From an uncultured Spirochaetales bacterium (GTDB lineage: Bacteria > Myxococcota_A > UBA9160 > UBA6930): a DNA stretch of 64,000 nt. Positions 17,654 to 27,544 of the stretch are shown here, piece by piece. Every line of letters begins with the position of its first letter. The stretch's first letter is position 1. A program made the position numbers and the translations under genes. The DNA is taken from the NCBI GenBank assembly GCA_964615365.1, contig CAZTOU010000009.1:66309-130308 (forward strand), read 5' to 3'. The notes under the pieces were generated by a model. It searched no databases and was not told where the DNA came from. It saw only the letters and a list, made by a program, of their open reading frames with translations.

Positions 17654-19828
17654 CTAGCCGGCGTTTCTCATCAGCTCTCGACTGCGGCCGCCGATCGCAC
17701 TGCATCTTCGCGTCCGCTGGAGCCAGATCATCGGGAGTGCGAGCAGTACCATCCCGGCACTGCTACCGCATTGTGTAGAAGAGCCGGGCGACTCCGATCT
17801 ATCCCACGCTGCCATGCACTGTGGATCGGGACCGCCCAGGCCGGCGCCGTCCCAATCCGCCAGTGCGGGATCGTCGTTGTCGGCGTTGTCAACTCCGTCA
17901 TCGCACTCGGGATTCTCGGTCATCCAGCTGGGGTTTCTGCAGCCGATGTCCGCCGGGTAGTCCGCGGCACCGTCCGTGTCGTCGTCCGCGCCGTTGTCAC
18001 AGACCAGGGTTGGGTCGCGCTCCGACAGGTCCGAGGCATCCGCGCAGCCCGGGTCGGCGGGCTCTGCCTGAGGACCGCCGTTCCAGTCGACGTGTCCGTC
18101 TCCGTCATTGTCGATGCCGTCGTCGCACTCCGCGGTGGCAACCAGTCCGTAGGCAACTCCGGCGAAGTTTTCGTTGCCGTTGCCCGTCCAGCGTACGATC
18201 AGTGGCGAGTCGGGAATCGGAGGCAAGGGATCGGGAGGCGAGAGGAGAAACACGAAGCCGATCTCCGCTCCACTCGCCCGCGACTGTTCCGGGCCGAACG
18301 CGAAGAGCTTCCAGCCCAGGAAGTCTTCGAGGTCGCCGCTGGCTTCGGCCACCAGGTACTCGGCCCCAGTCTCCCAGAGCCAGCGGCGGAGCGGCGGCTG
18401 GCTCGGGTCCACCTCGGGTGCCAGCGTCGTGATGCTCAGCGTACCTGCGACGTTGCTGCAGGCGAGCGGATTGGCAAAGGAGCAGCCGTCGAGACGGAAT
18501 GGATCGTCGGGGTCGAATTCGGTGATCTGGATGTCGTCGAGGTCTGCAGCGAAGGAGAGAGCGACCAGTGACACGAGGTGGTTCCAGGAAAACACCGCCA
18601 TCTCGCTGGCCCACTCCTGTCCCGTGAAGGGATGGACGCGCGTCCCATCGTCGCTCGTGGCGCCCTCGAAGAAGCCGGCCCCGGTGGTGCCGCCGTCCTC
18701 AGTGGGGTCGTAGTCGGCGTCGGCTGGCCCCCGGCAGCCGGGGAGGAGGGAGGTCGTGCCCTCATCGTAGCGAGCGCAGACCGGCTCCCCTGCGAAGCCC
18801 ACGGTTCCGGGCTGAGGGAGTGCCGGATCCGACGTATCCCAGCCACTCGACCCGCAGGCTCCTCCCAGGCGCGGAAAGGACTGAAACAGGGAGCTCGCTT
18901 CGGTCCTCATCAAGCCCCGGCCGGTGAGGAAACTCGGTCCGTGGATGTCGCAGTTGTTGCCGTAGAAGGGGCCGCAGGCAAACAGTGCCTCCTGCTGGTC
19001 GGTCAAATGCCTCGAGAGTCCGAATTGTGTGAAGATTGCCTGAAACGGTTCCGGATGCATCGAAGGGCTCGGGGCAGGGCCGTCATGGGGGTTGACGACC
19101 AGCGGAACCAGGGGAGTCTGGTAACCGCCCAGCCACGGGTTGCCGTCCGTCATGGCCTGCATCGCCGCTGTGGTGGAATCATTCCAGCCAGCCACCGGTT
19201 CAGCCAGCGCAAGAAACAGCCCCCCACCGGCGATGAGGCTCTCCGCGTTGGGATCCTGGCCCGACATGAGCAAGGCAAGCGACTGGGCGAGTGTGGGTGA
19301 GGCGGGTGCGGTCGGGTCGGCGATTAGCTGGCTGTTGTAGACATCTTGGCCGCAGGCCTCCGGGTCGAGTGAGGTGAGGCCTCTCGTAGTCGCGCAGACC
19401 GCATCGAACGCGTTGGTGTTGATGACTGTCGGGTCTTCCTCACGCCAGCACTCGGGCTCGAGTCCGGTCGGGCAGCCAGCCTCAGGTGAGGCGCCCCCCT
19501 CGATCGGGCGGCCGCTCGTCGGATCGACCCTTCGGACTTCATTGCTCCGGACCCCCGAGGCGGTGAGAGAGTCCGGTCCGACGCTCAACGAGATGCTCCC
19601 CGGCCCCCCTCCTCCGCCTCCCATTCCTGGATAGACGTGAAAGTCACCGGACGGCGTGGGGGCGAGCTCGAGGAACGGCTGGCCACAGGTCGACAACTCG
19701 ACGAGTCGGACCTCGCCCTCCATCTCTTCCAGAATCGAGGCTTGGCCGGCGCTCGAGAAGCCGAGAGCAAGCACTGCCACGACCCACGCCAGAACGACCA
19801 ATCGGATCTCCCCGGTGAAACGGCTCAT
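17654..19828 (-). CDS. Large secreted protein of unknown function with C-terminal Cys-bracketed Asp-rich repeats and a hydrophobic/Arg-rich tail
   Basis: N-terminal signal peptide (LVVLAWVVAVLALGFSSAGQA). I recognise no catalytic domain. The C-terminal 158 aa hold 3 CxDGxDNDxDG-type repeats, then CGSSAGMVLLALPMIWLQRTRR. Confidence 0.75.
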   Translation of the reverse strand: MSRFTGEIRLVVLAWVVAVLALGFSSAGQASILEEMEGEVRLVELSTCGQPFLELAPTPSGDFHVYPGMGGGGGGPGSISLSVGPDSLTASGVRSNEVRRVDPTSGRPIEGGASPEAGCPTGLEPECWREEDPTVINTNAFDAVCATTRGLTSLDPEACGQDVYNSQLIADPTAPASPTLAQSLALLMSGQDPNAESLIAGGGLFLALAEPVAGWNDSTTAAMQAMTDGNPWLGGYQTPLVPLVVNPHDGPAPSPSMHPEPFQAIFTQFGLSRHLTDQQEALFACGPFYGNNCDIHGPSFLTGRGLMRTEASSLFQSFPRLGGACGSSGWDTSDPALPQPGTVGFAGEPVCARYDEGTTSLLPGCRGPADADYDPTEDGGTTGAGFFEGATSDDGTRVHPFTGQEWASEMAVFSWNHLVSLVALSFAADLDDIQITEFDPDDPFRLDGCSFANPLACSNVAGTLSITTLAPEVDPSQPPLRRWLWETGAEYLVAEASGDLEDFLGWKLFAFGPEQSRASGAEIGFVFLLSPPDPLPPIPDSPLIVRWTGNGNENFAGVAYGLVATAECDDGIDNDGDGHVDWNGGPQAEPADPGCADASDLSERDPTLVCDNGADDDTDGAADYPADIGCRNPSWMTENPECDDGVDNADNDDPALADWDGAGLGGPDPQCMAAWDRSESPGSSTQCGSSAGMVLLALPMIWLQRTRRCSAIGGRSRELMRNAG

Positions 19829-20247
19829 GGCGTCTCTCCCTTGGTTCTTTCAGAGGTGGACGGATGATCGAGGAGCTCGGACCGGTCGAAGAAGACGTGG
19901 TTCGCGTAGATCAGGCCGTCGCGGAGCTGGACGGTGCAGACGCCGTCTGCCTCCACGGTGTCTTCGCCGACCGGGATCGAAGCGTGCCAGAGGTTGAGAA
20001 AGCCATCCTGCATCGGGATGGAGCCGCGGTGCACCCACACCCACTCCGGGTTCCTGGCCAGGAGCCTGGTGAAGTACGCCAGCAGGGCCTCGTGACCTCG
20101 CACGCCCTCCGGGATCGCCGGGTCCGAGTAGACCGCATCCGAGGTGTAGAAGGAAGCGAGCAGCTCGGGGCGGTTTCCAGTCCAGGCGGGGAGCCACTTC
20201 TCCGCGAAAGCCCGCGCATCGTCCGCATTCAGCCCCTGGAACTTCAT
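19825..20247 (-). CDS. NTF2/SnoaL-like fold protein
   Basis: A 140-aa protein with the typical SnoaL-like N-terminus (AFAEKWLPAWTGNRPELLASFYTSDAVYSDP). Its stop overlaps the start of the downstream 724-aa gene (ATGA). Confidence 0.7.
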   Translation of the reverse strand: MKFQGLNADDARAFAEKWLPAWTGNRPELLASFYTSDAVYSDPAIPEGVRGHEALLAYFTRLLARNPEWVWVHRGSIPMQDGFLNLWHASIPVGEDTVEADGVCTVQLRDGLIYANHVFFDRSELLDHPSTSERTKGETP

Positions 20248-20537
20248 GGACCCTGCCCCCTCCGCCCGATCCGAGGCCGCTCCGCTGCGACCGGCGTCGA
20301 GCCTACCATCGGCGCGGCCCTCGAGCCGGGCTCGGCTGCATCCGCGCGCCGGACCCGGGCCGCGATTGGATGATTAACTACCTGAATTTAAAGGCTTTTC
20401 AGGAACGGGGAGCCGCCGATCGGGGACTCCGAGCCTCCGCACCCCTCCCGATGGTCGCGCCGACAGGCTTCAGCCTCTCCGAGGAAATACCGATACCCCC
20501 TCTGCGCCACTGTGCGCGGAGACCCGGGAGTCTCTCC

Positions 20538-21815
20538 ATGAAGACCAGCAAGCTGTCGATCTTCTCGCACTCACTCGATCGCACCGCGGTGCTGGTATAC
20601 GCGCTCGGTGCGGGAGTTCCCCTGGCTGCCCTGGCCTATGTGGTCCAGCGCTACGTCCTCCCGGAGATACCGGACGGGCCCTTCGCCATCGGTCTCGTCT
20701 GCCTGGTCGTCTCCATCGGTGCCCTCTCCCTCGGCTCCTTCCTGGTTCTGCAGCGGGTCTCCCACCAGTCCCTGAACCACCTCGACGAGCAGAACCAGCG
20801 ACTCAAGACCATGCTCGAGGCCGCGCGCTGGGTCGCCGATGCCCCCTACGGAGACGAGGTCCTGCGCGCCATCGTCACCTGCGCCATCCGGCTCGGCGAC
20901 GGGGCCGCCGCCTTCCTGCTGACCCGCGAGAAGCAGGACGAGCCCCCGACCCTGGCGGGGAGCGCCGGGGAGGAAGCGGGGGCGATCTACTCGCGAATCG
21001 ACCCATCGCTCGCGACCCTGATCGAGCCCGCCCTCGCCACCGGCCGTCCCATGCTCTGGTCCGGTGCCGACGCCGCCCAATTCGGGATCCACGCCCTGGC
21101 GGTGGTGCCGCTCCTGGATGGAGAGGCCACGGTGGGCGTATTGATGGTCGCCCGGGGGGAAGGAGCGGAGGACTTCGACGAGAGCCACCTGAACGCTCTC
21201 TCGACCCTCGCCACCCTCGCCGGAGTCGCCCGACACAACGCCGATCTTCGCGACTCGCAACGCAACTTCTTCGTTCACCTGACCGAGATCCTGATGAGTG
21301 CCCTCGACCTGCACGTGAATACGCAGACGGGGCACGCGCGACGGGTGGCCCACATCGCCAACCGGATCGGAAGGAAGATGGGCTTCGAGGGACAGGACCT
21401 CGAGAGACTCCACTTCGGCGCGCTGCTCCACGACATCGGGATGCTCAAGATCGACTTCCGCGACGAGGACCCGGCGTTGAGCCGCCGGCATCCATCGCTC
21501 GGCAGCCAGATGCTGAAGCCGATCCGACTCTGGGAGGATCTCGCGCCGATCGTGCTGCATCACCACGAGTGGTTCGATGGCACCGGCTACCCGGAGAAGA
21601 TCGCAGGAGAGGAGATCCCTCTGGAGTCGCGCATCATCGGTCTGGCGGAAGCCTTCGACAGCATGACCAGCGAAGAGAGCTACAAGGATGCGATCGGGTC
21701 CGACGAGGCGCTGCGCCGCATCCAGGCGGGCGCCGGTAGCCAGTTCGATCCAGAGATCGCCGCGGTCCTGGTCGAGCTGATTCGCGAGGACGCCTTCTCC
21801 AGTCTCTCGACATGA
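20538..21815 (+). CDS. Membrane-anchored GAF / HD-GYP domain protein (probable c-di-GMP phosphodiesterase)
   Basis: ATG at 20538 follows GGGAG. It has two N-terminal TM helices and a GAF-like middle region. The HD motif is LHDIGM and the HD-GYP signature is HHHEWFDGTGYP. Confidence 0.85.
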   Translation: MKTSKLSIFSHSLDRTAVLVYALGAGVPLAALAYVVQRYVLPEIPDGPFAIGLVCLVVSIGALSLGSFLVLQRVSHQSLNHLDEQNQRLKTMLEAARWVADAPYGDEVLRAIVTCAIRLGDGAAAFLLTREKQDEPPTLAGSAGEEAGAIYSRIDPSLATLIEPALATGRPMLWSGADAAQFGIHALAVVPLLDGEATVGVLMVARGEGAEDFDESHLNALSTLATLAGVARHNADLRDSQRNFFVHLTEILMSALDLHVNTQTGHARRVAHIANRIGRKMGFEGQDLERLHFGALLHDIGMLKIDFRDEDPALSRRHPSLGSQMLKPIRLWEDLAPIVLHHHEWFDGTGYPEKIAGEEIPLESRIIGLAEAFDSMTSEESYKDAIGSDEALRRIQAGAGSQFDPEIAAVLVELIREDAFSSLST

Positions 21816-21936
21816 GAGGGCGCCAAGCCGTGGATCCTGCCAGGGCGTGAATCCGCAAAAACCGGACGCAGGTGTGAACTACTTCATTCCTCCGGCGCGA
21901 GGGATCCGTCACCCTCCGAGCATGGAGTGGTTGAGT

Positions 21937-22182
21937 ATGGAGCCCCGCTCGGAGCATCGCGCCTCGCGTCCCTGGATCTACGCCTCCCTGGCCGTCCTGC
22001 TGGCGGCCATGACCACCTGGGCACTCCACGTCACTCAGGACACCTGGCGTCCCCCGGCCATCGCAGCCCCCGAGAGGCAGAGCGTCGCGGAGGCGTCGAA
22101 TCCGGAGATCGAAGCTCTCGAGGCCGAGCTGGCGCGAATCCAGAAGCGCCTCGACGAGCTTCGCGCGGAAGCCCGCCCCTGA
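21937..22182 (+). CDS. Small single-TM hypothetical protein with a C-terminal coiled-coil
   Basis: Internal ATG within track ORF 21847..22182. It has one TM helix (WIYASLAVLLAAMTTWAL) and GC3-rich codons, but no recognisable domain. Confidence 0.4.
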   Translation: MEPRSEHRASRPWIYASLAVLLAAMTTWALHVTQDTWRPPAIAAPERQSVAEASNPEIEALEAELARIQKRLDELRAEARP

Positions 22183-22291
22183 GCTGATCCGGCTTCGGCT
22201 CCGGAGCGGGAACGCGGCGCCTCCTCTCTCCTCCGACCCCCCGGAGGGCAGGTGCGCTTCACCGATCGACGGGAGCCTGTAAGATCCGGAG

Positions 22292-23029
22292 ATGCTGCGA
22301 CGAGCGCTCTCTCTGGTCTTCTGGATCTTCCTGACCCTGTCCTCGATCCTGATGTATCCGGTCGCGCTGCTCATCTGGGCGGTCACCCTGCCCTTCGATC
22401 GACGCAAGTTCCTGCTTCATAAGTTCACCTGCTTCTGGGCCTCGCTCTACACCTGGCTGAATCCCGCCTGGCCGGTGACGATCGAGGGACGAGAGAAGAT
22501 CCGCCGCGGCGAAGCCTACGTGATGGTCGCGAACCACCTCTCGCTCCTCGACATCCTGGTGCTCTTCCGGCTCTTCAATCACTTCAAGTGGGTCTCGAAG
22601 ATCGAGAACTTCCGGGTTCCCTTCATCGGCTGGAACATGTCTCTGAACCGCTACATCAAGCTCCGGCGGGGAGACCGGAGCAGTGTGATCGAGATGATGG
22701 AGGCCAGTGGGAGAGCCCTCGAGGAGGGAAACTCGATCATGATGTTTCCCGAGGGCACGCGCTCGCCGACCGGGCAGATGCGGGGCTTCAAGCCCGGCGC
22801 CTTCGAGCTGGCCTTGACGACGAAGCGCCCGATCCTGCCGATCGTCATCCGGGGAACCGCCGATGCGCTTCCCAAGCGGGGCTTCGTGCTCCGGGGCCGC
22901 CATCCGATCCGGATCTCCATCCTCGACGAGATCCCGCCGGCGTCCTTCGAAGGAGCTTCGGCGGAGCAGATCAGCGATCAGACGCGGGAGCTGATCGCCG
23001 AGCACTTGACACGATCGAGCATCGCCTAG
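22292..23029 (+). CDS. plsC: 1-acyl-sn-glycerol-3-phosphate acyltransferase
   Basis: Acyltransferase HX4D motif (ANHLSLLD) and FPEGTRS motif, with N-terminal TM helices. Confidence 0.85.
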   Translation: MLRRALSLVFWIFLTLSSILMYPVALLIWAVTLPFDRRKFLLHKFTCFWASLYTWLNPAWPVTIEGREKIRRGEAYVMVANHLSLLDILVLFRLFNHFKWVSKIENFRVPFIGWNMSLNRYIKLRRGDRSSVIEMMEASGRALEEGNSIMMFPEGTRSPTGQMRGFKPGAFELALTTKRPILPIVIRGTADALPKRGFVLRGRHPIRISILDEIPPASFEGASAEQISDQTRELIAEHLTRSSIA

Positions 23030-23047
23030 CCAGATCGGGCCGGCCGA

Positions 23048-23662
23048 TCACGCGCTCTCTTTGCCGAGCAGACGCTCCCGGAGCTGCTCGAAGTCCTCGG
23101 GCGTGTTCGCGTTGAAGAGCGCCGATCCGTCCGGATCCACGGCGCGGAGATCCGGCCCCTCCAGGTAGCTCACGCGCAGCTCTCCGAGGAGATCCACCAG
23201 CGCGAGCTCGCCGTCGCGCAGACGCCGGCGCGCCACGGTGCGTACCGGCTCGCGCCGATACAGGGCGCAGAGAGGGTGGAGCTGAGCGCCGGTGCGCGGA
23301 ACCACCGCGTCCGCTTCCGGCCAGACCAGAAGCGCCAGGAGCAGCTCCGGCGAGAGTGACATCAAATCGGTCGCCACCATCAGAATCCGTTCCGAGCTCG
23401 CCGCCTCGAGGGCGCCCACCAGGCCGCGGAGCGCGGAGCGCGGGCCCTCGGGATCGGGGACCCGCCTTCCCGGGGCCTCGCCCGGCGGATCGCCGCCGAC
23501 CAGGAGCACTTCCTCGAAGAGGCTTCCCAGCATCCCGGCGAGATGGGTCGCAGCCGCGACACCCCCGAGTGGGAGCCGCGCCTTGTCGCGGCCCATCCGA
23601 GAGGAGGCGCCGCCCAGGAGGAGAGCGGCAGTCACGCCGCCAATGCGCCCCTCCGGGCTCAA
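23048..23662 (-). CDS. mobA: Molybdenum cofactor guanylyltransferase
   Basis: LLLGGASSRMGRDKARL signature. The TTG at 23662 overlaps the moeA stop (TTGA); the GTG at 23635 is an alternative start. Confidence 0.8.
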   Translation of the reverse strand: MSPEGRIGGVTAALLLGGASSRMGRDKARLPLGGVAAATHLAGMLGSLFEEVLLVGGDPPGEAPGRRVPDPEGPRSALRGLVGALEAASSERILMVATDLMSLSPELLLALLVWPEADAVVPRTGAQLHPLCALYRREPVRTVARRRLRDGELALVDLLGELRVSYLEGPDLRAVDPDGSALFNANTPEDFEQLRERLLGKESA

Positions 23663-24915
23663 ACCCCCGACTCCGCCGAGGCGAAGAACTGCTCGTCGAT
23701 GACCTGGACGGAGACCTCGGAATCGGCCGGCATCTCGGTGGCCTCGGCGGGAAACACCATCAGCCCCTGCGCGAGGGTCATCGAGCGCAGCACGCCGGAG
23801 CTCTGGTTCCCGGTGCTGCTGGCCTCGATCTCTCCGCCCTTCCGGTCCAGCCGCACGCGGACGAAGTGGAGCCGTCCCGCCTTCTTGGTGAGGGTCTCGG
23901 TGAGCCGGGCCCGCACCACGGGACGAAACCAGGCGCGGTGGCCGGTCGCCTTGCGAATCGCCGGGCGGATGAACTGCTCGAAGGTCACCATCGCCGAGAC
24001 GGGGTTTCCGGGCAGGCCGAACACCAGCGGTCCCGGCCCCGCTTCGAAGCGACCGAAGGTCATGGGGTAGCCGGGCTTCATCAAGACCCCCCAGAAGAGC
24101 AGCCGATAGCCGAGCTGCTCGAGCACCGGACGCACGTGGTCGTGATCGCCGACCGAGACCCCGGCGGAGGTCACCAGAAGATCCGCGCGCTGCCCGCTCC
24201 GGAGCAGGCGCTCGAGGTCCTCGGGGGTGTCTCGGGCGATCCCCAGGTTGACCGGCTCGGCGCCAACATCGCGGCAGAGCGCCGCGAGGGAGTAGGTGTT
24301 CGAGGAGACGATCCGGCCGCCGGTCGGATCCCCGTCGGGATCCACCAGCTCGTCGCCACCCGAGAGAATCGCCACCCGCGGGCGCTGGTGCACCCGGACC
24401 AGCGAGCGGCCGAGAGAGGCGAGCATGCCGAGCTGCGCCGGGCCCACCAGGGTGCCGGGCTCCAGCACCGTGTCACCGCGCCGGATGTCCTCGCCGGCCT
24501 CGCGAACGTGCTCCCGGGGCGGGGGGACGATGCGGATCTCCACCCGGTCGCCCCGGGCGACGGTGTCCTCCTGAGCCACCACGGTGTCGGCGCCGGGGGG
24601 AATCGGCGCGCCGGTGAAGATCCGCGCCGCCTCCCCGGCGGCCAGGGGCCGGTGGCCCTGCCCTCCGGCCGCGACCTCGTAGACCACCGCCAGCTCCACC
24701 GGATCCGATTCCGAGGCTCCGGCGAGGTCCTCGGCGCGCACCGCGAAGCCGTCCATCGCCGAGCAGTCCGCCGGCGGAAGGGTGCGGCTCGAGCACACCG
24801 GCTCCGCGAGCACGCGTCCCTGGGCGTCGACGCCGGCAACGGTCTCGGATCCGAGGACGGGGCACGCATCGAGCACCATCTGCTGAGCTTCGGCGACGGT
24901 GATTCCGGTCTTCAT
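23659..24915 (-). CDS. moeA: Molybdopterin molybdotransferase
   Basis: SAMDGFAV and LPGNPVSAMVTFE motifs. Start is the ATG at 24915 (AAGGTG RBS), or the track ATG at 24945. Confidence 0.85.
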   Translation of the reverse strand: MKTGITVAEAQQMVLDACPVLGSETVAGVDAQGRVLAEPVCSSRTLPPADCSAMDGFAVRAEDLAGASESDPVELAVVYEVAAGGQGHRPLAAGEAARIFTGAPIPPGADTVVAQEDTVARGDRVEIRIVPPPREHVREAGEDIRRGDTVLEPGTLVGPAQLGMLASLGRSLVRVHQRPRVAILSGGDELVDPDGDPTGGRIVSSNTYSLAALCRDVGAEPVNLGIARDTPEDLERLLRSGQRADLLVTSAGVSVGDHDHVRPVLEQLGYRLLFWGVLMKPGYPMTFGRFEAGPGPLVFGLPGNPVSAMVTFEQFIRPAIRKATGHRAWFRPVVRARLTETLTKKAGRLHFVRVRLDRKGGEIEASSTGNQSSGVLRSMTLAQGLMVFPAEATEMPADSEVSVQVIDEQFFASAESGV

Positions 24916-25034
24916 GACAGGCACCTTAGCGCCCGCCGAAAGCACCGCATCTTCACGACCTGGGCTAATGTGCCCAAAAATCAGGCAGCCGATGAGCCGT
25001 GAGCTGCCCCTCGGCGGCCGGAAGGCCAGGTGAG

Positions 25035-26117
25035 ATGGCCCGCGATCTTCACGACGTGCTCGATGCGATCCTCGCAGGGGTGGTGGTGATCGACGCCGAG
25101 GGAACCGTGGAGCAGCTCAATAGCGCCGCCTGCCGAATCCTCGAGCAGTCGGTCCAGGCGGCGATGGGAGCTCCGGTGGAGCGGCTTCTCGGTTCCACCC
25201 ATGCGCTGGCCCGGCTCGGCCGCAAGGTGCTCGAGTCCGGCATCGCCAGCACCGAGAGCAGCCAGAAGATCGAGCGCCGCTTCAACGAGGACCTGCGGGT
25301 CGACGTGGCGGCGTCTCCGCTTCTGGACGAGGACGGGGCGGTCGACGGCGTGGTCCTGGTGCTGCGCGACCGGTCCGCCCAGCGACGGCTCGAGCAGTTC
25401 GAGGCCGAGCGGGAGCGGCTGGACTTCTTCGGCCGCATCGCGGCCGGACTGGCCCACGAGGTGAGGAATCCGTTGGGGGGGATCCGGGGTGCCGGGGAGC
25501 TCCTGTTCCATCGGGCCCAGGACGACAAGACCCGGGAGACCGCCGATCTGATCGTCCGGGAATCCACTCGGATTGCGGGCCTGGTCGATGACTTCATGGT
25601 GTTTGCCCGGGGCGATCGCCTCCGGCTGCGAGCCTCCAATCTCCACCGCATCCTCGACCAGGTGCTCGATCTCCTGGCCCACGATCCCCTGAGCCGCGAG
25701 TGTCCCGTCGAACGCGCCTACGATCCCTCCATCCCTGATCTGCTGAGCGACGCCGACCGGCTCACCCAGGTCTTTCTCAACCTCACGCGCAATGCCCTGC
25801 AGGCCATGGGGGGTCGGGGCGGACGACTCACCATCACCACCCGGATGGCCCTCGATCACCGCGTCCTCACCGAGTCGGGAAAGCCGGTCCCCACCGTGGC
25901 CGTCTGGATCCGCGACACCGGCCCCGGGATGGGAGAGGACGAACTCCGGCAGGCGACGATCCCCTTCTTCACGAAGCGCTCCGAAGGAACCGGGCTCGGT
26001 CTGTCCGTCGCCGAGTACTGGGTCTCGGAGCACCGGGGTACGCTCCACATCGAGAGCGCACCTGGAGAGGGGACGACGGTTCGGGTCACCCTGCCCCTGC
26101 GGAGCGAGGAGCCATGA
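25035..26117 (+). CDS. Cytoplasmic PAS sensor histidine kinase (NtrB-like)
   Basis: ATG at 25035 follows AGGTGAG. It has a PAS region (VVVIDAEGTVEQLNSAA), H-box GLAHEVRNPLGGI, N-box LNLTRNALQA and G-boxes DTGPGM/GTGLGL. Confidence 0.85.
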   Translation: MARDLHDVLDAILAGVVVIDAEGTVEQLNSAACRILEQSVQAAMGAPVERLLGSTHALARLGRKVLESGIASTESSQKIERRFNEDLRVDVAASPLLDEDGAVDGVVLVLRDRSAQRRLEQFEAERERLDFFGRIAAGLAHEVRNPLGGIRGAGELLFHRAQDDKTRETADLIVRESTRIAGLVDDFMVFARGDRLRLRASNLHRILDQVLDLLAHDPLSRECPVERAYDPSIPDLLSDADRLTQVFLNLTRNALQAMGGRGGRLTITTRMALDHRVLTESGKPVPTVAVWIRDTGPGMGEDELRQATIPFFTKRSEGTGLGLSVAEYWVSEHRGTLHIESAPGEGTTVRVTLPLRSEEP

Positions 26118-27544
26118 GCGAAGCCGCGCGGGTGCTGGTCGCCGACGACGAGCCGTCGATCCGATTCGTCCTGCGGGAGATCCTGGAATCCGCGGGTCAC
26201 GCGGTGGTCGATGTCGACTCCGGCGACGCCGCTCTCGAGGCCCTGGCCGCCCAGCGCTTCGAGGTCGCCTTCTTCGACATCCGCATGCCGGGGCCGTCGG
26301 GGCTGGAGCTGCTGGATCGCGTGAATTCGCTCGGCGCCGATCTCGCCGTGGTCATCATCACCGCCCAGAACACCTTCGAGAACGCGGTGGAGGCGATGAA
26401 GCGCGGGGCCCTCGACTACCTGGTGAAGCCCTTCGGCAACGCAGAGGTGCTGGCACTGGTTGACAAGGCGCTTCGGACCCGCCTGCTCCAGAGCGAGATC
26501 CGCAGCCTGAGGCGCCAGGTGAGCGGGCGCGCGGTCGCCGGCGAGCGCCTGGTGGGCCGGAGCCCCGCCCTCATCGAGGTCTTCAAGACGATCGGACGCG
26601 TGGCCCGGAGCAACGTGGCGGTGCTGATCACCGGCGAGAGCGGCACGGGAAAGGAGCTCATCGCGAACGCCATCCACAACGCCAGCGCGCGGGCGGAACA
26701 CCCTCTGGTCACGGTGAACGCCGCGGCGATTCCCCGCGAGCTGCTCGAGAGCGAGCTGTTCGGGCACGAACGCGGTTCCTTCACGGGGGCGGTCGAGACG
26801 CGACCGGGACGCTTCCGCGAGGCACACGGCGGAACCCTGTTTCTGGACGAGATCGGCGACATGCCCCCGGAGCTGCAGGGGAAGCTGCTCCGCGTACTCC
26901 AGAGCGGTGAGGTCGTCTCGGTGGGGGGACGGCAGCCGGAGCTGGTGGACGTGCGCATTCTCGCGGCCACCCACCGGGACCTGGAAGCCGCGGTCGCGAA
27001 CGGAGGGTTCCGCGAGGATCTCCTCTACCGTCTCCGGGTCGTGCCGATCCACGTTCCCTCGCTTCGCGAGCGGCCTGAAGACATCGATGTCCTCGCCGAG
27101 CACTTCATCCAGCGCTACTCCGAGGATCTCACCGGCGGACCTCACTTCCTCTCGGAAGCGGCCCTGGAGCACCTCTGCGGGCACGACTGGCCCGGCAACG
27201 TGCGAGAGCTCGAGAACGCCATCAAGCGCGCCCTGGTGCTGGCGGACGGCGAGGTGCTCTCCCCCGACGACTTCGCCTTCCTCGCGGAGGGCGGAGCGGA
27301 GAGCAGAGGCGAAGCGGATCTGGAGGGACTGCTCACCTCGGAGGTGAGGGCTCTCCTCGCCGAGCCCAACCCGAGCGAGGTCTACCACCGGATCCTGGCG
27401 CGGCTCGAACGCGCGCTCCTGGAGGAGGTGCTGGCACACACCGACGGTAACCAGATCAAGGCAGCGGCCTTGCTGGGAATCAATCGCAACACGCTCCGCA
27501 AGAAGATCACGGATCTGGGCATCTCCGTGCCGGGCCGTTCGTGA
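26114..27544 (+). CDS. Sigma-54-dependent response regulator (NtrC family)
   Basis: ATGA overlap with the kinase. It has a receiver domain (VLVADDEPSIR...FFDIRMPG), an AAA+ domain with GESGTGKE and the GAFTGA-type loop (ERGSFTGA), and a C-terminal Fis-type HTH (AAALLGINRNTLRKK). Confidence 0.9.
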   Translation: MSEAARVLVADDEPSIRFVLREILESAGHAVVDVDSGDAALEALAAQRFEVAFFDIRMPGPSGLELLDRVNSLGADLAVVIITAQNTFENAVEAMKRGALDYLVKPFGNAEVLALVDKALRTRLLQSEIRSLRRQVSGRAVAGERLVGRSPALIEVFKTIGRVARSNVAVLITGESGTGKELIANAIHNASARAEHPLVTVNAAAIPRELLESELFGHERGSFTGAVETRPGRFREAHGGTLFLDEIGDMPPELQGKLLRVLQSGEVVSVGGRQPELVDVRILAATHRDLEAAVANGGFREDLLYRLRVVPIHVPSLRERPEDIDVLAEHFIQRYSEDLTGGPHFLSEAALEHLCGHDWPGNVRELENAIKRALVLADGEVLSPDDFAFLAEGGAESRGEADLEGLLTSEVRALLAEPNPSEVYHRILARLERALLEEVLAHTDGNQIKAAALLGINRNTLRKKITDLGISVPGRS

